Positions 9,386 through 17,496 of a stretch of 38,513 bases of DNA are shown piece after piece. The notes beneath the pieces were generated by a model that worked only from the letters and a program-made list of their open reading frames with translations, was not told where the DNA came from and ran no database searches. Positions within the stretch are counted from its first letter, which is position 1. Every line of letters begins with the position of its first letter. A program made the translations under genes and the position numbers. This stretch comes from an uncultured bacterium (GTDB taxonomy: Bacteria > UBP7 > UBA6624), in assembly GCA_964343345.1 (NCBI GenBank), contig CAYFJE010000001.1:1-38513 (forward strand), read 5' to 3'.

Positions 9386-10295
9386 TTACAGAAATGCTTA
9401 TAGGTATCCTGGGAAGGGCCATTGGTTTGATTTTTGGAATTGTAGAATTTTGATTCCCGAAAAAAAGAAGTGGTTTTTTCTAATGCCTCACATAATTTCA
9501 ACACCTTCAAAAAAGAAAAGTTTTTTTTATTTTTGTTCTTCTCAATCTGATGTAGAGATGTTTGAAATTCTAGAAGATATTAAAGCTAGCGAAAAGAATG
9601 CAGATATAAGGTGGAAGGATAATTTGTTTTCTTCAGAAAAAATAAAGATACATGAAAAAGGTTATGAGTGGGATTTTTCAATTGATTCTATTTGTTCAGA
9701 TGGTACTGAAAGAGGAGAAGATTTACGAGCATTTAATGTAAGGGAGAAACTTCATTTAAGGAATTTGTCTTTCATACATAGGGTTCCTACAATGAAAGGT
9801 TATGCCAATGGCTACATCAAGAATCCTGAAGAAAAGATAAATCTTAACAATGCTATTGTCTATCAGGCTAAAAACCATGGACCAGATTTTCCTGATTCTT
9901 GGACATGGCTTCATGTCAATTTGATGCCACAATTTCCAAATGCATCTTTTGAGATAGGCACAATGCCTGGAACAAATGATGTCGAGGGGATATTTAGATG
10001 GACTGAAAGAGAAAAGACAAAAGTTCATGCAAGCTTTTTAGGAGACCAAATTTTTCTTGAAGAGAGGAAAGATGATTTCATTTTTTCTGTAAAAGATAAA
10101 AACGGTGCAGAGGTTATTGAAGGAAAGGCTTTTCATGGAAAGAAAAAAGAAATCAACTTCCCCAGACCAAATGGAGGGATTTTTTCGACACCTGAGTCTT
10201 TCGATGGCTATGTCTCTGGGAGTTATTTGGGAAACTTTTTTGAATCCGATTACCCTGCATTGGGGAAAGGTTTAAAAAAAGAAATAGAGGTTTAG
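9375..10295 (+). CDS. Hypothetical protein, possibly tocopherol-cyclase-like (PF14249-type) fold
   Basis: From memory of plant VTE1 and Synechocystis slr1737, two stretches look related. GHWFDFWNCRILIPEKKKWFFLMPHI resembles FFEGWYFRV.LPE...F.FMYSI. YQAKNHGPDFPDSWTWLHVNL resembles AEKNWGG.FP.KWFWVQCN. I am confident it is a real CDS, but the family call is tentative. Confidence 0.4.
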   Translation: MVFDYRNAYRYPGKGHWFDFWNCRILIPEKKKWFFLMPHIISTPSKKKSFFYFCSSQSDVEMFEILEDIKASEKNADIRWKDNLFSSEKIKIHEKGYEWDFSIDSICSDGTERGEDLRAFNVREKLHLRNLSFIHRVPTMKGYANGYIKNPEEKINLNNAIVYQAKNHGPDFPDSWTWLHVNLMPQFPNASFEIGTMPGTNDVEGIFRWTEREKTKVHASFLGDQIFLEERKDDFIFSVKDKNGAEVIEGKAFHGKKKEINFPRPNGGIFSTPESFDGYVSGSYLGNFFESDYPALGKGLKKEIEV

Positions 10296-10298
10296 AAT
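10293..10298 (+). promoter_or_regulatory. -10-like box (TAGAAT) upstream of the halogenase-like gene; possible internal promoter
   Basis: TAGAAT incorporates the stop codon of the preceding ORF and ends 9 nt before ATG 10308. The same GTTTAGAATTAG context is seen at 7371-7383 upstream of nadE. Confidence 0.2.
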
Positions 10299-10307
10299 TA
10301 GTAGGTT

Positions 10308-11654
10308 ATGGATTTTGATAAAGATTTCATTCCTGACAACTATTATGACTTTGTAGTAATAGGAGGAGGTCCAGCAGGAGCTGTTTTCTCGTCCTTGGTT
10401 GCGAAAGAAGGACATAAAGTTTTGGTTCTTGAAGGTTCTAAGTTTCCAAGATTTTCTGTTGGAGAGATAATTGCCCCAACTGCAATATGGAGAATCTGGC
10501 ATCGTTTAGGTGTTACAAAAAAAATGCTTGATCCTTTGTTTATAAAAAAATGGGGAGCTGGATGGATTACCCCTAATGGAACTCAATTCAATTTTGACCA
10601 AGATGTGCATCCTGATGACCATAGATGTCATGCTCATGTTTATCAATTAGACAGGGCTGTTTATGATGAGTTTCTTTTAGATCATTCTAGAAAAAATGGA
10701 ACTGCCGCTCTTGAAGAAGCCAGGGTTGAGGATCTTCTTTATGATGAAAATGGAAAAATGAATGGCGTTTCTTTTTCAAGGCATGGTAAGAAGTTCAATG
10801 TTAATTGCAAGCTTGTTGTCGATGCAAGCGGCAGAGCGAATTTTATACCTAGAAAACTAGGGTTAAGGATGGAAATTGAAGAACTTCATTCTTTTTCATG
10901 TTTTGCTCATTGGAATGGATGTAAAAGAGACAAAGGGATACATGCGGGCGATGTTAGGTTACTTTTTACTGAAAATAATCTTTGGTATTGGTGGGCTCCT
11001 TTAAAATCGCCAAAAGCTTCAATAGGCATTGTTGCAGACAAGAATGTTCATTGGGAGGAATATGCAAAAGACCCTGAGGCATTTTATGAAAAATGGGTTT
11101 CTAATCATCCATTTGTTAGAAAAAGAATAGCAAATGCAACAAGGATAACTGGATTTGAAGCTGTTAAAAACAAAATAAACCAGGCTTCAAAGGATTCTGC
11201 TTTACTTTGTAACTTTCATGCAAAGTCCTCAAAAGCCGTTGGAGATGGTTGGGTTTTAATTGGAGATACACTTGGTTTTGTTGATCCTGTTTTTTCTGCA
11301 GGTCTTCATGTTGTTCATGGTTCAGGAATGATTCTCGCTGATGCTGTTCTAAAAGGTTTAAAAGAAGGGGATCTTTCTGAAGAATATTTAGAAAAGGAGT
11401 ATCATGAAAAATACAAAAATGAATTTCAAGATGTTCTTTTCCATATTCAAGGATGGGCTCAACTTTACTACAATCCAAAACTTGTCGATATGTTTTTGAA
11501 GTGGGGAAACAAATATCCACACATAAGGGATATGTACATTAGAACTTTTATTGCTTTTGAGAAAGATGCAATTAAAGATTTTAGCAAGTTTTTCTTGAAA
11601 TTTTTTAAAAACACATCTCATAAAAGCGGTTTGAAACTTTCTGTTAAAAAATAA
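10308..11654 (+). CDS. FAD-dependent oxidoreductase, flavin-dependent-halogenase-like (PltA/CndH-type)
   Basis: It has GxGxxG (VVIGGGPAGAV), SKFPRFSVGEIIAP (Lys-Phe-Pro-Arg...GE block), VVDASGRANF, WYWWAP (WxWxIP-like) and GDTLGFVDPVFSAGLHV. At 448 aa it is similar in size to PltA-type enzymes. Confidence 0.6.
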   Translation: MDFDKDFIPDNYYDFVVIGGGPAGAVFSSLVAKEGHKVLVLEGSKFPRFSVGEIIAPTAIWRIWHRLGVTKKMLDPLFIKKWGAGWITPNGTQFNFDQDVHPDDHRCHAHVYQLDRAVYDEFLLDHSRKNGTAALEEARVEDLLYDENGKMNGVSFSRHGKKFNVNCKLVVDASGRANFIPRKLGLRMEIEELHSFSCFAHWNGCKRDKGIHAGDVRLLFTENNLWYWWAPLKSPKASIGIVADKNVHWEEYAKDPEAFYEKWVSNHPFVRKRIANATRITGFEAVKNKINQASKDSALLCNFHAKSSKAVGDGWVLIGDTLGFVDPVFSAGLHVVHGSGMILADAVLKGLKEGDLSEEYLEKEYHEKYKNEFQDVLFHIQGWAQLYYNPKLVDMFLKWGNKYPHIRDMYIRTFIAFEKDAIKDFSKFFLKFFKNTSHKSGLKLSVKK

Positions 11655-11659
11655 TAAAA

Positions 11660-12508
11660 ATGTCTCAAAAAGTTAAATCTTTTTATAACGATTATTTGGA
11701 ACATTCGTACCCTTTCTTGATGAGGTTTCTTATCATAATAAAACCTTTGTTTGTTTTGTTTGCAATTTTTTATTCTTTGAAGGATTCTTCAAATTTAGTT
11801 TTTCACTGGTCCATTTCTTTAATCGTTTGTTTTTTTATGATTGTTTTTGGGACTGATATAGGTTTGCATCGATATGATGCCCATAAAGCATTTGAGACCT
11901 CTTACCCCAAAAGGCTTTTCTTGCTTTTCTTTTCAATACCTTGTATGAGCGGTAGTCCTCTTCACTGGGCTGTTGTTCATAGGAAGCATCATGCTGAATG
12001 TGATGGGGAGGAAGACCCTCATTCTCCACATACTATACCATGGTGGAAAGTTTGGTTCTATTTGCATCCAGCATACGAATTCATTCCTTCAGAAAATAAA
12101 AAATATTTTAGAGGTCTAATTTCAGATAAAACTTACCAATTCACTCATGCCTATTATTTTCCACTTGTCTTTGTGTATGTTTTATTAATTTGGAGTTTCT
12201 TTGGTCTTGAATGGGTCCTTTTTGGAATGCTTGTACCTTCTGCAATTGTTGATATACAGATGGCTTGTGTAAATGTTATTTGCCATGTCTATGGTTATGA
12301 AAATTATAAAACTGGAAAAAATTGTCATTCGAAAAACAATTGGTTTGTTCATCTTCTAACATTTTTTTCATTTGGCTTGCATAATAACCATCATTGGGAT
12401 CCTGGAAATCATAGAACTTCAAAGAAGAAAGGAGAGGTTGATCTTTCTGCCTGGATAATAGAGCTTTTTTTCTTGCCAAAAGAAAAGCAAGCAAAATCCT
12501 TACGATAA
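11660..12508 (+). CDS. Membrane fatty-acid desaturase, delta-9 (stearoyl-CoA/acyl-lipid) type
   Basis: Three His boxes are present: HRYDAH, HRKHH (followed by EEDPHSP) and HNNHH. Hydrophobic helices flank them. Confidence 0.85.
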   Translation: MSQKVKSFYNDYLEHSYPFLMRFLIIIKPLFVLFAIFYSLKDSSNLVFHWSISLIVCFFMIVFGTDIGLHRYDAHKAFETSYPKRLFLLFFSIPCMSGSPLHWAVVHRKHHAECDGEEDPHSPHTIPWWKVWFYLHPAYEFIPSENKKYFRGLISDKTYQFTHAYYFPLVFVYVLLIWSFFGLEWVLFGMLVPSAIVDIQMACVNVICHVYGYENYKTGKNCHSKNNWFVHLLTFFSFGLHNNHHWDPGNHRTSKKKGEVDLSAWIIELFFLPKEKQAKSLR

Positions 12509-13219
12509 AGCTTCGTATCCTTTGACCATTTTTTCCGCAAAGTCTTTTGGATTTTTAGTGAATGGGGCATGTCTTGATTTAAATTCAAACAGGCAACTTT
12601 TTTTTGCTGTTTTTTGAACCCATTTTGCTTGATTTAAGGGGTTGATTTTGTCATAAACCCCATGCATTAAAAGTATAGGTGCTGGAAAGTTTTTTATTTT
12701 TTCTCCAAAATTTGCGTCAAACATATCCCACCTGAGATTTTTTAAAAGTCCTTCATCTGTGTTTTTGCAAGTTTTTATTATCGAGTCAATTTCTTCTCTT
12801 TTCCAAAAAATCTTCATTTCATTTAAGGTTGGTGTTATATGCCTTATTGGATTTTGAAAATAATTCATTATTCTTTTTTCAAGGACCTTTTTAGGTGTTG
12901 AAGATGTTTTTTCTGAAGGAGATCCATTTATAAAAGAAACTACCTCTATACCCATTTTCCCATATTTGTTTATTGTGTTTTGAAGAAGAAAAGAGCCCAT
13001 TGACCAACCTCCAACTAGCATAGGTTTTTCTTTTGATATATATTTTTTAAGCCAAGAGCTCAGCCCCTCCAGGTTGTTTGGTTTTGGTGCCTTTTTGCCA
13101 TGTCCAGGAAGGGTTGGTGTTAGTACCTCCCAGTTTTTTGGAAAGTGTTTAATTAAAGGGTTCCACGTAATGCCACTCATTCCAGAACCATGAATCAAGA
13201 CACATTTCACTTTTTTCAC
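12500..13219 (-). CDS. Alpha/beta hydrolase, BioH-like carboxylesterase
   Basis: LIHGSGMSG, nucleophile elbow GWSMG, LMHGVYDKI (Asp) and SRHAPF (His) are present. The arrangement resembles BioH (LGWSLGG...HAPF). It has a GTG start. Confidence 0.7.
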   Translation of the reverse strand: MKKVKCVLIHGSGMSGITWNPLIKHFPKNWEVLTPTLPGHGKKAPKPNNLEGLSSWLKKYISKEKPMLVGGWSMGSFLLQNTINKYGKMGIEVVSFINGSPSEKTSSTPKKVLEKRIMNYFQNPIRHITPTLNEMKIFWKREEIDSIIKTCKNTDEGLLKNLRWDMFDANFGEKIKNFPAPILLMHGVYDKINPLNQAKWVQKTAKKSCLFEFKSRHAPFTKNPKDFAEKMVKGYEALS

Positions 13220-13243
13220 ATCCTTATCCTAGAGTTAAATGTT

Positions 13244-13249
13244 TAGAAT
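13244..13249 (+). promoter_or_regulatory. -10-like box (TAGAAT) upstream of gcvT; candidate leaderless start
   Basis: TAGAAT ends 6 nt before the gcvT ATG (13256). There is no SD in the 36-bp divergent gap. The -35 is weak. Confidence 0.3.
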
Positions 13250-13255
13250 CAATTC

Positions 13256-14317
13256 ATGTTAAAAAGAACTCCTTTATTTGGTGTGCAATCTCGATTAAAT
13301 GCTAAATTTGGACCATTTGGAGAATGGGAAATGCCGCTCTGGTTTCCAGAAGGAATAAAGAGAGAAGTTCTTGCTGTGAGAAACGAGGCAGGCATTTTTG
13401 ATGTTAGCCATATGGGGGAATTTTTAATTTCAGGGAGAAAATCTTTGAAATTTTTACAAAACTTATTAACCAACGACCTTTCGAAAATAGAAATAAACAA
13501 AGCACAATACAACCTCATGTTAAACGATGAAGGAGGTGTTATAGATGATCTTATTGTTTATAGATTAGGTCTTGAGGAATGGAGGCTTGTCGTAAATGCT
13601 TCAAATGTGAATATTGACAAGGATTGGATTTGTAAAAATCTGATTTCAGATGTAGATTTCAGAGATGAAAGCGAAGACTGGGGTTTGATTGCTGTTCAAG
13701 GTCCAAAAAGTGAAAAGGTGTTAAAAAGCCTTTCTTGCGATATTGAAAATTTGAGAAGGTTTGAATTTAGAAAAACTGAAATAAATGAAACCAAGGTAGA
13801 AATTGCAAGAACTGGATACACTGGAGAAGATGGTTTTGAAATTTTTGTCAGGCCTATGGAAGCTTCAGTCTTGTATGAAAGTTTTCTCGAACTGGGTTTG
13901 TGCCCAGTTGGACTAGGGGCAAGAGATGCACTCAGGCTTGAAGTTTGTTATCCTCTTCATGGACATGAAATTGGTTTGGATATCAACCCTCTTCAGGCTG
14001 GATTAGGCTGGGCTGTCAAATTCGACAAAGGGTCTTTCATTGGAAGAGACAGTTTGCTTTCCTACAGAGAGAAAGATGAAAAAAGAGAAGTTTTTGCTCT
14101 TTTTCCTGAAGTGCCAGTTAGAGAAGGGTCTGAGGTTTATTCAAACAAGTCTTTGATTGGAAGGGTCACGAGTGGTCTTTTTTCCCCAACTCTAGAAAGG
14201 CCGATAGCATTGGCTTTGTTGGACAATACTGTGAAAAAGAATGAAGAACTTGTAATTAAAAAAGGAAAAAGGTTTAAGATTGCTAGGTTATGCAAAAAAC
14301 CTTTTTACAGGAGATAA
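13256..14317 (+). CDS. gcvT: Glycine cleavage system T protein (aminomethyltransferase)
   Basis: The N-terminus is LKRTPLF....GAKF..F..WEMP. It also has FDVSHMGEF, ARTGYTGEDGFEI and GLGARDALRLE. It heads the gcvTHP string. Confidence 0.95.
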   Translation: MLKRTPLFGVQSRLNAKFGPFGEWEMPLWFPEGIKREVLAVRNEAGIFDVSHMGEFLISGRKSLKFLQNLLTNDLSKIEINKAQYNLMLNDEGGVIDDLIVYRLGLEEWRLVVNASNVNIDKDWICKNLISDVDFRDESEDWGLIAVQGPKSEKVLKSLSCDIENLRRFEFRKTEINETKVEIARTGYTGEDGFEIFVRPMEASVLYESFLELGLCPVGLGARDALRLEVCYPLHGHEIGLDINPLQAGLGWAVKFDKGSFIGRDSLLSYREKDEKREVFALFPEVPVREGSEVYSNKSLIGRVTSGLFSPTLERPIALALLDNTVKKNEELVIKKGKRFKIARLCKKPFYRR

Positions 14318-14320
14318 TTT

Positions 14321-14680
14321 ATGCTATATTCAAAAACACATGAATGGTTTGATGAAGATTCGAAAAAGGTAGGCATTACAGACTATGCTCAGAAATCTTT
14401 AGGGGATTTGACTTATATTGAAATACTTGTTGAAGATGGTGATGAAATCTCAATTGGCGATGAGATTGCAGAAATAGATAGCGTCAAAACAAGCGAGGTT
14501 GTTTATTCTCCCGTTTCGGGAACCGTTTGCGAGATAAACGATTCTTTAGAGGATGACCCTTCCATCGTTAACTCTTCTGCAGAAGAGGAAGGTTGGCTCA
14601 TTTCTTTTTCAGAATTTGACAAGCATGAAGAGTTGATGACGAATTCTGATTACGAGGATTACAAAAAAGAAGATCATTAA
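14321..14680 (+). CDS. gcvH: Glycine cleavage system H protein
   Basis: YSKTHEW...GITDYAQ..LGD and the lipoyl-lysine block EIDSVKTSEVVYSPVSG are present. It is 119 aa. Confidence 0.95.
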   Translation: MLYSKTHEWFDEDSKKVGITDYAQKSLGDLTYIEILVEDGDEISIGDEIAEIDSVKTSEVVYSPVSGTVCEINDSLEDDPSIVNSSAEEEGWLISFSEFDKHEELMTNSDYEDYKKEDH

Positions 14681-17496
14681 TGAGTTTTATTGAAAGGCAT
14701 ATTGGAACGACAGGGTCTCAAGAAGACTCAATGCTAAAAAAACTTGGTTTCTCTTCATCTGAATCATTGGCGAGAAAAATAATCCCTGATTCAATAATTT
14801 TTAATAATAAATTGAATTTAGAAAAGGCTTTAAGCGAGGATGATGCGGAAAAACTTATTGAAGAAATTTTAGGAAAAAATGAAATTTTTAGGTCTTTCAT
14901 TGGAATGGGTTATTTTTCAACAATTCTGCCAAATGTTATAAAAAGAAATATACTAGAGAATCCTGGCTGGTATACACAATATACCCCATACCAGGCAGAG
15001 ATTTCTCAAGGAAGACTGGAAATGCTTTTCAATTTTCAAACAATGGTTTCTGATCTTACAGGATTAGAAGTTGCGAATTCTTCTCTTCTTGATGAGTCAA
15101 CTGCAGCAGCGGAAGCTATGGTTATGAGTTTTAATTTGCAAAGAAAAAAAAACAAGAATAGATATCTTGTTTATTCAAAATGCCATCCACAAACCATTGA
15201 GGTTCTTAAGACAAGAGCAGAACCTTTAGGGATAACTATTTCTTTTTTCGATTCCCCTTTTGAGCAAGGTATTTTAGAAGATGATGTTTTTGGAATCCTT
15301 CTCCAGACTCCTGACACTGAAGGGACTGTTTTGAAAAATTATTCTTCGATTGTGAAAGATGCAAAAGAAAAAAACATTATTGTTACAGTCGCTACGGATT
15401 TAATGGCATTGGCTTTGATTGAATCTCCAGGTTTCTTTGGAGCAGATATCGCTATTGGAAATGCACAAAGGTTTGGTGTTCCCTTAGGTTTCGGTGGCCC
15501 GCATGCTGCATTTTTTGCAACAAAAGAAAAATACAAAAGAAAGATTCCGGGAAGGGTAGTGGGTCTTTCTGTTGATGCTCAAGGAAATCCAGCTTATCGT
15601 CTTTCTCTTCAGAGCAGGGAACAACACATAAGAAGAGAAAGGGCCACAAGCAACATATGTACAAGCCAGGTTCTTCTTGCAATCATTTCTGCAGCTTATG
15701 CTATGTATCATGGTCCAAAAGGTTTAAAAAAGATTGCTAAAAGAATCAATTTTTTTACGAACCAATTTTATTGTTCTTTGGTTTCTTCAGGGTTCAATCC
15801 TGAAAATTCTTCTTTTTTTGACACCATAAAAATTCCTTGTGATGCAGACAGTGTTTACAAAAAAGCTTTAAAGGAGAAAATAAACATAAGAAAGTTTGAC
15901 GATTCTTTTGTTGGGGTATCTTTTGACGAGACAACAGAAGAGAGTGATGTTGAAAAACTTTTGTCTATTTTTGGTATTGACACCATATTCGATGGTGGCG
16001 ACAGTTCTTTTGAAAACAGATCCACTAAATTTTTAACTAATCCGATTTTCAATAATTTCCACAGTGAGCACAAGATGCTTAGATACTTGAAAAATCTTGA
16101 AAACAAGGATTTAAGTTTAACTTCTTCAATGATTCCTCTCGGTTCTTGCACAATGAAGTTGAACCCTTCAACATGCATGTATCCTGTTTCTTGGCCTAAA
16201 AATGGATCAATCCATCCTTTTGCACCCTCTACTCAAACGAAAGGTTACGAATCTCTCATTTCTTCTTTGGAAGGTTATTTGTGTGAGATAACAGGGTTTA
16301 AGGGTTGTTCTTTGCAGCCGAATGCTGGGTCTCAAGGGGAGTATGCAGGTTTACTTTGTATAAGGGACTATCATTTAGATAGAGGAGATTCTCATAGGGA
16401 CATATGCCTGATTCCAAGTTCTGCACATGGAACTAACCCAGCAAGTGCTGTGATGGCTGGTTTCAAAGTGAAAGTCGTTGCTTGTGACAAATACGGAAAT
16501 GTGAATTTTAAAGACCTTAAAAAAAAATGTGAAGAATATTCTGATCGAATCGGAGCTTTCATGATTACATACCCTTCAACACATGGTGTCTTCGAAGACA
16601 AAATAATAGAGATTGCAGATTTGGTTCATCAGCATGGAGGTCAAATCTACATGGATGGTGCAAACATGAATGCACAGGTTGGTTTATGTAGACCTGGAGA
16701 TTATGGGATGGATGTTTGTCATTTGAATCTTCATAAAACTTTCTGTATTCCTCATGGTGGTGGAGGTCCTGGAATTGGCCCCATATGTGTTGCAGAACAT
16801 CTCAAGAAATATTTACCTGGACATTCAGTTGTTGGAACTGGCTTTAACGGAAAGCAAGTTTCTTCAGCTCCTTGGGGAAGTGCATCTATTTTGTGTATTC
16901 CTTTTCTTTATATAAAAATGATGGGTTTTGATGGATTAAAAAAGGCAACCGAAATTGCAATATTAAATGCAAATTATTTAATGAGCAGCTTAGAGGAGCA
17001 TTATCAAGTTCTTTATAAAGATGTAACAGGGAGTGTTGCCCATGAGTTTATTTTAGACTTGCGGGACATTGAATCTGAAACCGGGGTAACTGTTACTGAT
17101 GTCGCGAAAAGGTTAATGGATTATGGTTTTCATGCCCCAACTGTTTCTTTCCCTGTTCCAGGAACAATCATGATTGAGCCTACAGAAAGTGAGGACAAAG
17201 ATGAATTGGATAGATTTTCTGATGCTTTAATTGCGATTAAAAAAGAAATTAATGAGATTAAAAATGGAGATTTTCCAAAAAACGACAATGTTCTTAAAAA
17301 TGCCCCACATACAGCAAAGATGGTTGTCAGTTCAGACTGGAGCCACCCTTACAAAAGAGAAAAGGCATTTTATCCTCTCCCTTGGGTGAAGGATAGAAAA
17401 TTTTACCCTTCTGTTTCTAGAATTGACGAAACTTTTGGTGACAGGAATTTTATCTGCACTTGCCCTCCAGTAGAGAGTTTTGACATTGAAGATTAA
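14680..17496 (+). CDS. gcvP: Glycine dehydrogenase (decarboxylating), single-chain P protein
   Basis: 938 aa. It has YTPYQAEISQGRLE and the PLP-lysine block HLNLHKTFCIPHGGGGPG. The start overlaps the gcvH stop (TAATG). Confidence 0.97.
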   Translation: MSFIERHIGTTGSQEDSMLKKLGFSSSESLARKIIPDSIIFNNKLNLEKALSEDDAEKLIEEILGKNEIFRSFIGMGYFSTILPNVIKRNILENPGWYTQYTPYQAEISQGRLEMLFNFQTMVSDLTGLEVANSSLLDESTAAAEAMVMSFNLQRKKNKNRYLVYSKCHPQTIEVLKTRAEPLGITISFFDSPFEQGILEDDVFGILLQTPDTEGTVLKNYSSIVKDAKEKNIIVTVATDLMALALIESPGFFGADIAIGNAQRFGVPLGFGGPHAAFFATKEKYKRKIPGRVVGLSVDAQGNPAYRLSLQSREQHIRRERATSNICTSQVLLAIISAAYAMYHGPKGLKKIAKRINFFTNQFYCSLVSSGFNPENSSFFDTIKIPCDADSVYKKALKEKINIRKFDDSFVGVSFDETTEESDVEKLLSIFGIDTIFDGGDSSFENRSTKFLTNPIFNNFHSEHKMLRYLKNLENKDLSLTSSMIPLGSCTMKLNPSTCMYPVSWPKNGSIHPFAPSTQTKGYESLISSLEGYLCEITGFKGCSLQPNAGSQGEYAGLLCIRDYHLDRGDSHRDICLIPSSAHGTNPASAVMAGFKVKVVACDKYGNVNFKDLKKKCEEYSDRIGAFMITYPSTHGVFEDKIIEIADLVHQHGGQIYMDGANMNAQVGLCRPGDYGMDVCHLNLHKTFCIPHGGGGPGIGPICVAEHLKKYLPGHSVVGTGFNGKQVSSAPWGSASILCIPFLYIKMMGFDGLKKATEIAILNANYLMSSLEEHYQVLYKDVTGSVAHEFILDLRDIESETGVTVTDVAKRLMDYGFHAPTVSFPVPGTIMIEPTESEDKDELDRFSDALIAIKKEINEIKNGDFPKNDNVLKNAPHTAKMVVSSDWSHPYKREKAFYPLPWVKDRKFYPSVSRIDETFGDRNFICTCPPVESFDIED
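17464..17482 (+). repeat. Inverted repeat, left arm (19 nt), inside the gcvP 3' end
   Basis: CCTCCAGTAGAGAGTTTTG encodes PPVESF of GcvP. It is the perfect reverse complement of 18259-18277. Confidence 0.9.

Noticed and set aside
13220-13255. I looked for a glycine riboswitch upstream of gcvT.
   Set aside because: The whole divergent intergenic region is 36 bp, far too short for even a single glycine aptamer. No conserved aptamer-like sequence extends into the neighbouring gene.
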